A stretch of DNA of 64,000 bases from Octopus vulgaris (lineage: Eukaryota): positions 40,176,001-40,240,000 of the forward strand of contig OX597820.1 in assembly GCA_951406725.2 (NCBI GenBank), read 5' to 3'. Shown in pieces: positions 15,102-25,708 of this stretch; the first letter of the stretch is position 1, and each line of letters begins with the position of its first letter. The translations under genes and the position numbers were made by a program. The notes under the pieces were generated by a model. That model saw only the letters and a list, made by a program, of their open reading frames with translations. It was not told where the DNA came from and did not search any database.

Positions 15102-15434
15102 CAGACAGATAGACAGACAGAGGGAGAGAAATAAAGAAAAAAGCGAACTCAGTCAAAGAAAATTTCTAAGCTACCGGATGAAGAGATAGTGGTTTCTTTC
15201 TTTCTAATATGATACATCACTCTGAAATCTCCGAAGGCTTCATTTAGTCCTTAACTTGCATAATTTCCCCCGCCCTTATATTACTGAGTGGCAATGATGC
15301 TAAAATCATGTGCCACCACTCAAAATTGACACGCCAAATAATGCAAGGATCACTGCGAAATAGTCAAATTATATTCCAAGTATACGCTTTTTATGAAATC
15401 TAAAAACTAAAATTGTATATATACATACATACAT

Positions 15435-15513
<79 letters not shown>

Positions 15514-15853
15514 ATGTATATATATGTATATATATATGTATACATATATATACATACATATAAATACATATATATATAGAGAGAGTGTACATTGAAGCAC
15601 ATAAGGCATGACCATCATAGGACACCAATTAATGGTCATCTCGTGTTTAAATGCACACTGTATTTAGATGAATAATATATAATCTATTGACTAGTTTTCT
15701 ACATGCTTGGCCATTAGTAGTAAAAATTTCTAAAATTGTTCCTACCCTCATATTTATACATACATACATACATACATACGTACATACATACATACATACA
15801 TACATACATACATACATACATACATACATACATACATACATACATACATACAA

Positions 15854-15897
<44 letters not shown>

Positions 15898-16106
15898 TAT
15901 TGAAATGGATAAATGAATTATCTTGTTAAGGATTATTCAAAATTTAACCGATACCTGGGTAGCAAAAATCACAACAGAAAAAACACGGTTGAAGTTACGA
16001 CCGTGGGGTGTCGCAACCGTGCCTTAGCGCGGATAATTGAAGTTTAATATATTTAGTGATGGGAAGAAATGGAGCTGAACGAAGATTCTACAGAATTCCT
16101 TTTATT

Positions 16107-16192
16107 ATTTTCTACACATGTTTCAAAGGCCGCAAATTTCCAAATTCGGATTGAATAAGGAGACCATTTTGCAGCTTTCTCTTCAGGAAAAT
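16107..16192 (-). ncRNA. mirror-image hammerhead ribozyme-like motif
   Basis: Reverse complement of 16347-16432 within the palindrome. Confidence 0.75.
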
Positions 16193-16346
16193 CCAGGAAT
16201 TTAAAAATCCAAAACAAATGCGCAGCAAGGTATTCGAACAAAACGCTCCTTAGGAGCCCATGAAATAGAGCTATTTCATGGGCTCCTAAGGAGCGTTTTG
16301 TTCGAATACCTTGCTGCGCATTTGTTTTGGATTTTTAAATTCCTGG

Positions 16347-16432
16347 ATTTTCCTGAAGAGAAAGCTGCAAAATTGTCTCCTTATTCAATCCGAATTTGGA
16401 AATTTGCGGCCTTTGAAACATGTGTAGAAAAT
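16347..16432 (+). ncRNA. type I hammerhead ribozyme-like motif
   Basis: ATTTTC-CTGAAGA-GAAAGCTGCAAA...TTTGCGGCCTTT-GAAA-CA-TG-TG-TA^GAAAAT; stems I/II/III pair, GUA triplet, AATAAA follows. Confidence 0.75.
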
Positions 16433-16478
16433 AATAAAAGGAATTCTGTAGAATCTTCGTTCAGCTCCATTTCTTCCT

Positions 16479-16544
<66 letters not shown>

Positions 16545-16545
16545 T

Positions 16546-16660
16546 GGAGAATCCTAGAAAATCCAGGTCCCCACATAGACGGTACCAAACGCTGTAAATT
16601 ATGTATAGCTAATCGGTCAAGGATGCTAAAGGACTCCCGCTACCTGGGGAACTCCAGAAT
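16546..16660 (+). mobile_element. inverted fragment of the neighbouring PLE GIY-YIG 3' region
   Basis: CTAGAAAATCCAGGTCCC...CGCTGTAAATTATGTATAGCTAA...CCCGCTACCTGGGGAAC matches the reverse complement of ~17295-17415. Confidence 0.85.
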
Positions 16661-16809
16661 TATATACGTTTTTATTATTTTTTTGCAATTTACTTAATCA
16701 TTGATATTTTATTGTTATTTCAATTTTGATATTTCTATTATACGTAATTTTCTAGGTGGTGAAATTTAATTGTTCTTTTTGAATTGATAAAAGGTGGGTT
16801 TTTTTTCTA

Positions 16810-16845
<36 letters not shown>

Positions 16846-16915
16846 TGTGTGAAATTAGTATTCATAAATTGATTTTTTTCCCAGTAAGTTTGGATTTATA
16901 TTCCCTCAAATAATA

Positions 16916-16949
<34 letters not shown>

Positions 16950-16953
<4 letters not shown>

Positions 16954-18355
16954 TCGTAGGCAACGCATGTATTCGAAAAACAGCACTCCCTAAATTATAG
17001 ACCAGTATATGATATGATATAAATAAAGTTAGTTAACGCGGGTTTATGAGATTAACGTGGGTTTCACGTCCATAAAGTTCTTAGCTTTACGGTGTATCAT
17101 TAGATCCCAAAACCTGTTGGCTTAATGTCTCTCTAGCGAGTAGCCTCTCTAGAATATGGAAACACTTCGCTACTCAATTTCAACAACAGGGGATTATCTC
17201 CCTTTGGCTATCGATCGCAAGTGACCGTTATCTTTGTGTGCCAATAGGCAAGTAGGAGTTTCCTGAAATGCAAGCATGGTCCGAAGACCTCCGTTCTGGA
17301 GTTAAGGATGTTCCCCAGGTAGCGGGAAATCTTTAGAATCCTTGACCTTTTAGCTATACATAATTTACAGCGCTTGGTCCCGTTCATGTAGGGACCTGGA
17401 TTTTCTAGAGTTTTCCATGATATTGTGTATTGCGTCCCGTCGTATTTCAGCTGCCATTTATAGCTGGCTAGTGACGTAAAGTATCTCTTTTCCAACACCC
17501 CGAAAGAGAAAATGTGGTTGAAGAGCTGTTCCTTGAACGTGTTCCCGGAGCAGCCAATATATTTTTGTGGTCGGGTGTTGGCGTTGCTGTGTCTGTTGGT
17601 GGTGCCGTTGCTACTACTGCTGTTGTCTGTACTGGGGCTGATAGTGTTGGTGTCACTGGAAGTGACGATGGTGTTGGTAATGGTGCTGTTATACCATCGT
17701 CGTTGATGGAGGCGCTGTCACTGCTGTTATAGATATCATTGGCAATAGCTGTGTTGCTATTTTTGTTAGAGACACTGCCTTTGTTGTTGTTGTTGTTGTT
17801 ATCGCTGGTGATGGTGCTGCTGCTGGTTCAGTTCATGTCTCTGTTGTTGCTACTATTGGAACTGTCGAATCTCCTATTGTGGTAGTCGTTGGGGAAATAT
17901 TGCTGCTACCATTAGGGATCCTGCTATTGCTGTCATTGATGTTGTTATCGCTGGTGATGTTGCTGCCGCTGATTCTGTTCGTGTCTCTGCTGCTGCTGGT
18001 ACTATTGGTATTGTCCCTGTTACTGTAGTAGCCGTTGGGGAAGGTGCTCATGTTGCTGATGCTATTAAGGTCGACTTCCACCTCAGCTTCATAGACGACC
18101 CCCTTAGTTTCGCAGAGGCCTCTCACTGGGCATCTGTTGTGGTCCCTGCATGAGAATACTGCCTCTGCTCGTGGTCTAGGCGTCCTAACTACAATGCTCT
18201 TAATATTAGGGGGCACAGCTAAAAGGGACCCTAAGCCTCTGCCTGTTGAAAATGCATCTGTACCTATGTAATATTACTGCGGCGCTTCCTTCAACGAACG
18301 TCGGGGCCCGACATGTAAGAAATGCGGTCCCTAAATCCGCTAGCAGCTACAGCTA
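16950..18355 (-). mobile_element. Penelope-like element, 5'-truncated and degenerate (RT thumb/linker + GIY-YIG + 3' terminal region)
   Basis: Minus-strand peptides RKRRSNI / CIFNRQRLRVPFSC-PNIKSIV / SCRDHNRCPVRGLCETKGVVYEAEV / KYIGCSGNTFKEQLFNH / TSLASYKWQLK / RCKLC / LNSRTEVFGPCLH; flanked by (TA)n. Confidence 0.85.
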
Positions 18356-18356
18356 T

Positions 18357-18415
<59 letters not shown>

Positions 18416-18496
18416 AGTAACTACACCCCCTCAAAAGGTAAGAACAAAACACTCGATCATTTCTGTGACCACATATCGAATTACCCATATCAACAT

Positions 18497-20484
18497 ATGC
18501 ACAAACATAAACACAAACCAAACTTCAGCAAAAAAGAATGGGCTGAGTCGAACAACTTAAAGCAAGACAAAACAATAACAATCAAAGAGGCCGATAAAGG
18601 GAGTGCAGTAGTCTTAATGGACACGACATTTTACATAACTTTAATACTATCTATGTTGGAAGACACAACATATTATGAAAAGGCACAAAACTACAGTCAA
18701 CAAAAAACAATGAGGGAACTAAAATCCATGTTAAACCCCTACAAAGAAGGGCTCACCGACAAAGAATATGACTATATGACCAATTTCACAAGTAAAACCA
18801 GCCAATTCTACGGTATTCCTAAGATACACAAAAGTGAGAAAATAAGTAACGTATGCAAGATAGCCACAGACAAAATAATTAAAGTCCCTAATCCTAATGA
18901 CCTCAAATTGAGACCCATAATAGCAGGACCCGTATGCGAAACCCACCGCTTCAGTAACTTTTTAGACACCCTGTTAAAACCACTCCTCAAGCATGTCAAA
19001 AGCTATATAAGGGACGACTTGGATATGCTCAATCACCTACCTAATACTATAAACAAAAACACCCTACTAGTATCCTTCGATGTAGTCAACCTCCATTCCA
19101 ATATCCCCCACAACCTAGAAATAGAGGCAATTCAATTCTGGCTAGAGAATCACGCCAACGAACTCCCACATCGCAACAAAAAAGAATTCATGATAGAAGG
19201 GGTTAAATTCATAACTTCTTCGCCTTCAAAGACAACTTCTACAGACAAAAATCGGGGACTGCGATGGGTACGCGAATGGCCTCCTCCTTTGCCAACCTAG
19301 TCATGGGATATCTAGAAATTAGTCTGTATCGTAAGGTTCTAGAAAGATATGGCAGCCCTTTCTCCCTCTACATAGAAAACAACTGGAAGAGATACCTAGA
19401 TGACTGTTTCATCCTTTGGCATGAAAATATACAGAAACTCAAAGAATTCCTAGCAATTTTAATTGGACTGGACGTAAAAATCCAATTCACGATGGAATAT
19501 AGCCAGCAACAACTCCCCTTCCTCGATATCCTTATTAAGAAATCTAATAATGTAATAGAAACAGATATATACTATAAGCCTACAGATTCTAAGCAATATC
19601 TTCCTTTCAATTCATGCCACCCCAGACACACCAGAATGAACATTCCCTTCAATCTAGCAAAAAGGATATGTACTATAGTTTCTAATGCAAACACCAGAGA
19701 CACACGACTACAAGAATTAAAAGATACCCTCATTACCAGGAACTACCCACCTTCACTTATTGACATATGCATTCAACGTGCCCTCCAACTCAACATCCAA
19801 GAACTCAGACATCCCAAATCAAAGAAAAATTTACGACCAAAACCCTTACCATACATCTCCACACACAACCCTCTCAACAATGAAGCCTTCGAAACCATCC
19901 TCCAAAACACACCCCTGTTAAAAAAAGACCACAGAATGAACACAATCCTCCAAACACACACGATCATAAAAAGCAAGAGACAGCCTAAATCTATGAAAAG
20001 TCTCCTAACACAAGCCTGAATACACTCTACAACACAGAAGCCGACAGTAAAAAAATGTGGAAGACCCAATTGCGGGATATGCGATTATCTAATTGAAGGA
20101 TCATAGTTCTCCTTCAAACAGGGACAACGGTTTACAGTGAAAAGCAACTTCACATGTGCTTCGGAGAACCTGATATACACACTAACCTGCTCTGGGTGTC
20201 AAGAGCAGTACATAGGCCAATCGAAAAATAGTTTGCGTAAAAGAATGGCCCTGCACAGATCCCAGATAAAAATTCCCCAAAACAGAAAAATAACGTTCAG
20301 CCAACACATAGATACTTGCGCCAACAACAAAACACCAAACTTCAGGATTTTCCCCCTCTACCAATTCAGCGACGATACAACCTCGAGCCAACGAACAAGT
20401 AAAGAAACTCTCTTTATAACAAAATATAAGCCCCTTCAGAACGGGTCTACGACAAACGATATATACCCCTTTGCTTTAGAATAA
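18497..20484 (+). pseudogene. disrupted PLE reverse transcriptase/GIY-YIG endonuclease ORF
   Basis: ORFs 18497-19300, 19264-20019 and 20137-20484; frameshift near 19210 and in-frame stops at 20017 (TGA) and 20104 (TAG). Confidence 0.9.
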
Positions 20485-20619
20485 CACAAATACACACGCA
20501 AATATTACATTCCTAAGAATCCACTACAAATCAGCCCCAACCACAGCTATAACCCATAACGTACCAACTTTAAGTCATACAATACCTCACTACTTCCACT
20601 CATTCATATTCTCCTTCCT

Positions 20620-20645
20620 CTTTCTTCTTCTTCTTCTTCCCCTTC

Positions 20646-20735
<90 letters not shown>

Positions 20736-20930
20736 TTCTTCTTCTTCTTCTTCTTCTTCTTCTTCAGCATCATCAACATCATCATCATCATCATCATCTT
20801 CTTCTTCTTCTTCTTCTTCTTCTTCTTCTTCAGCATCATCAATCATCATCATCATCATCATCATCATCTTCTTCTTCTTCTTCTTCTTCTTCTTCTTCTT
20901 CTTCTTCTTCTTCTTCTTCTTCTTCTTCTC
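20620..20930. repeat. compound (CTT)n/(CAT)n trinucleotide array in PLE 3' region
   Basis: Directly visible; internal block duplication. Confidence 0.95.
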
Positions 20931-21269
20931 CCCCTTCTACTTCCTAACTTTATCACTAATGCTTTTTAGTATAACACCTACACAAATTCTATAGACAAAC
21001 CTTTCAATAGAAATACTCTCATGAACTGCTAGCCGCCACTGACCATTCAAAATACAACAATCAAGGCACTCCCAAAATCCCACCCCCTTCTCCTCATCAT
21101 CCTTCTTCTTCCCTACCAAGAATTCACAACGACCTCGAACCCACAAGTGTGAACAAGAGAGACAAAGCAAGGCAGAAACAAGGAAAATGCCACTTATATT
21201 TGAACACTATACAAATATTCCTTTACAAAAACATTTCTTTTAATTTTTCTAAATTTAATTATTTAATCG

Positions 21270-21313
21270 TTACAGTTGAAAAAGTCTGAAAATGACTGAA
21301 ACCGGTACTGAAA
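21270..21313 (+). ncRNA. minimal hammerhead-like motif with U3:A8 core variant
   Basis: TTACAG-TTGAAAA-AGTC(TGAAAAT)GACT-GAAA-CCGG-TA^CTGAAA; palindromic stem III ACCGGT. Confidence 0.6.
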
Positions 21314-21358
21314 TATTCTTTATAAAATTATTTTAGCATTTTCTATTTTGACTTATTT

Positions 21359-21401
<43 letters not shown>

Positions 21402-21495
21402 TTCAGCAAAAATTTAGATTCAAATGAATATGGTACTTAATTTAGATGCACCAGAATTCTGTATGGTGTTATCCATAAAAATCCGTGGGGTGATT

Positions 21496-21609
21496 ATAAT
21501 CAAAATAAGCAACAAGAATGACTCCGGTAATTTGGTACGATCGTTTCGTACTACATCATTTTATTCGTACCAATTTACCGGAGTCATTCTTGTTGCTTAT
21601 TTTGATTAT
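21496..21609. repeat. 45-bp-arm inverted repeat with 24-nt loop
   Basis: ATAATCAAAATAAGCAACAAGAATGACTCCGGTAATTTGGTACGA and its reverse complement, one mismatch. Confidence 0.95.
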
Positions 21610-21953
21610 ATATATATGAAAAAATGAACAGAAATGGCTTTTCTGGTAATTTTTCCGCTTTTATAATTAGATGTATATGAGTTTGCAAGAGGTGACCGAT
21701 AGGAGTTTCTCGCTTAAAAGCTGTTTTCAAACTTACACTTTAGCGTTTGTTATTGACTGTTTAAATAGGGAGTGTCTAATTACAAACATACACACATACA
21801 AACACTAACTCCAGACACGCAACCATATATAATTACACCTATACATAAATACATATAGACATCAAGCATAAAGAAACGGTAATTTCTGGTGTGGTCATTT
21901 TGGTATGAAATGGTTCTATAAAGCCCTGTTAATGACAAAGGTAGGTACCTTTC

Positions 21954-21995
<42 letters not shown>

Positions 21996-24245
21996 CGCTC
22001 ATGACATTCGTGGTTCCATTTATTGTTGGGGGGGGGGGTAATAAATAGTTAACAATTATTTAGAATGACAGGCTATCCCTGTTTTATGATATGCTTTCAT
22101 TTCATGGAATATGTATAGTAAAATAGTTTTAGTTGTCCCAAATTGTGCCGCCAGTAAAGAGAAGTATGAGAACCACTACTGTAAGAAATGAGATTGTTAA
22201 TGAATTGAACAATGATTTTTATGAGAAGTACTGTTCTGGAGATTAATTATTTGCAATAGAAGTGTTCAACTAATATCAATGTAGTCAAGAATTTTGAAAT
22301 CAATTAAATATTTTCTTTCCTTTACACTCCTAAGTGAATAATGCCCCAGTACTATTCTAAGTCTACTACATCGCTATGCGATCTTACAATCACCTAGAAC
22401 GTGTACATATGTACAATAATTGAGATGTATCTATCGTTACAAATCCTTATGCATATTTTGAACCCCAACATCAAAACATAACTAAACTTTTGACGGGAAA
22501 TTTTACTAGAATTTATAACAAAAATTATAGACATTACGTATGGTTCGCTTATACACACACGCACACACACACAATATACTTTTAATAACCGTTCTCCCTG
22601 TATAAACCCCACCGAGTCCCGGAAAATATTTCAGAATATGAACGTAACTTGTGCAGAGATCAATGTGCCCATTAATATTTCGAAAGAGTTGCGAGAAGGA
22701 AAGTGTATCCTAATCTGAATGAAACTTTTTGTTGCTGAAATTATAGGAATGATTTTCTTTTTTGCCAATTTAAACGTACTATTTTAGAAGTGAATAGCAA
22801 TGCTTGGTTGAGAGAAATTGGTAATATCGGGTCGTAGTGCAGGTTTTGTTTTAGTTGTTCCGGCGTTTAGTCTCTCCATATAAGTATATGCACTTGTTTG
22901 ATCACTCCCGTATTTGTAATTCTGAATGAAACTTTATGACATCATCTACCATCACTTTCTTTAGATTCTCAACATCCTTTATACAGGATTTACCATAACA
23001 TCTAAGCATCTGTTATATGTCATGCCCTTGTGTTTAGGTATTATCTGTTCTCTACTGTGATAAGCAGAACATCGCAAAACACCGTTAAATAGAACGCCTT
23101 AGGTCCTAAAGGAAGGACATACCCACCTGATATGAATCTTTATATGAATTACATTCTCGACAATAATACACACACAGACACATATATATATATGCATACG
23201 CAAGGAGAATATGAGAATAAGACATAGAGGAAGGAAGAAAATTAAATGAACTGAAAATAAAATAAATGGAATGAAATGAAAACAGGTAAAATTGAATGCA
23301 TAAATACATGAGTTGACTAAAATATGTTTCTGACAGATATTAACTATAAGTCATACAAACTCAGACATAAAGACAGACTATCAAATGTATAAATCGATGA
23401 CCTATAAATATAAATGAATATATCAAAAAAATAAAGAAATTGATAAATAATAACATATTTATAGATTGCATAATTTTGAAGCTTATTTGGTTAATCTAGT
23501 TAGAAATATACAATGAATAATATTATATCAATTGACAGGTTGTATGTGGATATAGGACAAATATTGTTGCGGTGAACAGATATTGAGTAAGTTAACAATG
23601 CAAGCATATGTAATATATTTCCCAATGTAAATTCCGAAACAATATGTTTGGAATCTGTAACCATAAAGCTAGTGCTTAAAAATAATGACCAAACACAAAC
23701 AATAAGATTAAAAATGAACGTTTGTGTACGGCAGTAATATTTTACAAAAATATATGTTGTTCTACCCAGTAAATATACTATATGTTATCACATGGAGGAT
23801 TTTGAATAATGTACGAACTTAAGTTGGAATCAAACGTCACTATATAACGAAGAGTTAATTATGTCAAAGGATCGATGGTTTCGGGAAGTCTATCAGTAAC
23901 AGGAAATATAATATACAGAATCGACGGTTTCCTTTCTTGTTACTTGATCAGCACTTTCGTAAGATGAAAACCAAAAGCCTTTCTACTTGAGACCACATAT
24001 CTTTCCTAATAAGTAAAATTTCGTGGTTATTTCACTTGATATGTATAGCAACATTTTCATCAAGAAAGAAATCAGTACTACAAGATTTCAAGAATGCAAG
24101 TGTGGACTACTTCTACAAGAGGAAAGGTGATGTTATAATCAGTGTACGTTCTTAAAAAGGATAAATCTAAGTAAAAGAATAAGCGCACAAGCTGCTAATG
24201 CATGGTATACTTTTGAATGTAGCTTTGCACTATTATATATATATA

Positions 24246-24745
24246 TTTTTTTTAGTTTCAGCTCACAAGCTGTGGCCATGCTGGGGCACCGCCATTTGGT
24301 GTTGCTACATGATTTTACTTCACGAATGCTTTTTAGCAAATGCCATCTGGTGCATGAGAGAGTTCGATGCAGCTGCCCTCATCTGCACCTCCTGCAGTGA
24401 AGTTGGTTCATCTGGGACACCTGACAAGAAGAGATCCAGTTTCATTTTAAAGACATCTGCATCCACCCCATGCAGGTCCCTCAGGTTCTTCGGGAGGATA
24501 TTGAAGAGCTGTGGGCCTCGGAAGCCCAGGCTATCACCGTATCTTGTCCTACATCTTGATGGCAAATTTGGAGTCCTTGGCACTATGCAGTGGCACCCAG
24601 TTCTGGCATTTGTGTAACTCTCGATGCCAAAGTTTGGGACAAGTCCTTCTAGGATCTTCCAGATGTATATTATGGCATATCTTTCTCGCCTACGCTCTAA
24701 GGAATAGAGTCTTAATCTCTTGAGTCTTTCCCAATAGCTTATATG
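24246..24745 (-). mobile_element. CR1/L2-group LINE 3' end
   Basis: Open frame SYWERLKRLRLYSLERRRERYAIIYIWKILEGLVPN...GPQLFNILPKNLRDL...FKMKLDLFLSGVPDEP...ASNSL, then 3'UTR and A-tail. Confidence 0.85.
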
Positions 24746-24784
24746 CTTATATATATATATATATAGTGGCTGTGTATATATAGT

Positions 24785-24912
24785 GGCAGGAGCGGCTGTG
24801 TGGTAAGTAGCTTGCTAACCAACCACATGGTTGCGTGTTCAGTCCCACTGCGTGACATCTTGGGCAAGTGTCTTCTGCTATAGCCCCGGGCCGACTAATG
24901 CCTTCTGAGTGG
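24785..24912 (+). mobile_element. SINE family A, 5' part
   Basis: Near-identical to 3342-3470. Confidence 0.85.
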
Positions 24913-25429
24913 GCTGGAGTCAATAGAACGACGACGCTCTTTTCTGGGAGGAAAGAATTGTTGTAAGATAGAAATAGAGCTATATAGGAAAAACATTTTA
25001 AAATTCTCTAGAAATTTAAGTCTGTTTGTAAGAATTGAAAATGATGATAAAGTAATACATTTTCAATGTTGCTTATATCAGTGTGCACTTTACATCATCG
25101 TACCTAGCCGTTACTAGTATCCTACTAGTAGGTGTACATTGATTCTTATGAATTCATGTAATGATTTAATAAGTATACATCGTTACGGTTATTGCATGAC
25201 AAGGAAACAGTCCCCGCTCAAAACCAGCAAGTAAAACAAACAGGTCTGTACAATTCAGTTATGTTCTGAGATATATGGTAGAAATTTACAATGGCAAACA
25301 AAGTTGTTACAAAATAATTGAGTCAATAGCCAAATATTGCTCAAGGTAAGTTAGCCACTAGAGTCATGAGTCCAAAATGTATAAATTGAAGATGTGATTT
25401 CTAGATAGTTAGATAGATAGATAGATAGG

Positions 25430-25502
<73 letters not shown>

Positions 25503-25708
25503 CCAGAGATTGAGGTGTAGGAAGAAAGTGAGCTTCGTGCAATCCGTAGTGAATATAAAAAACAACTTTCAGGTATAGTAGTGGGTTATTGAGACGGAAG
25601 GTGGCAGATGTTTTCCTTTTATCGAAGAACGATGAGCTGGAAAAAAATTTTTATTCTATTCCTCAGTAGTCAACAAGGGCTGTCGAGTGTGCAAAAACAA
25701 TACAACTA

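Larger units (their letters stand above)
16054..16484. repeat. near-perfect ~430-bp palindrome (inverted PLE terminal repeat)
   Basis: 16062-16268 is the reverse complement of 16271-16477 with one mismatch and a 2-nt spacer (AG); mirrored ORFs appear in the track. Confidence 0.97.
18411..21362 (+). mobile_element. Penelope-like retroelement (RT + C-terminal GIY-YIG, Neptune-like Cys linker), inserted between (TA)n tracts
   Basis: IKEADKGSAVVLMD, FYGIPKIHK, LRPIIAG, SFDVVNL, GTAMGT, RYLDDCF, LPFLD, YYKPTD, SCHP; CGRPNCGIC; NLIY...C..C..QYIGQS; long 3' region ending in an HHR-like motif. Confidence 0.95.

Noticed and set aside
20017-20019. In-frame TGA as selenocysteine/readthrough in the PLE ORF
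   Set aside because: The copy also has a frameshift and a TAG stop; the TGA is simply explained by CGA>TGA decay and is not at a Cys-motif position.
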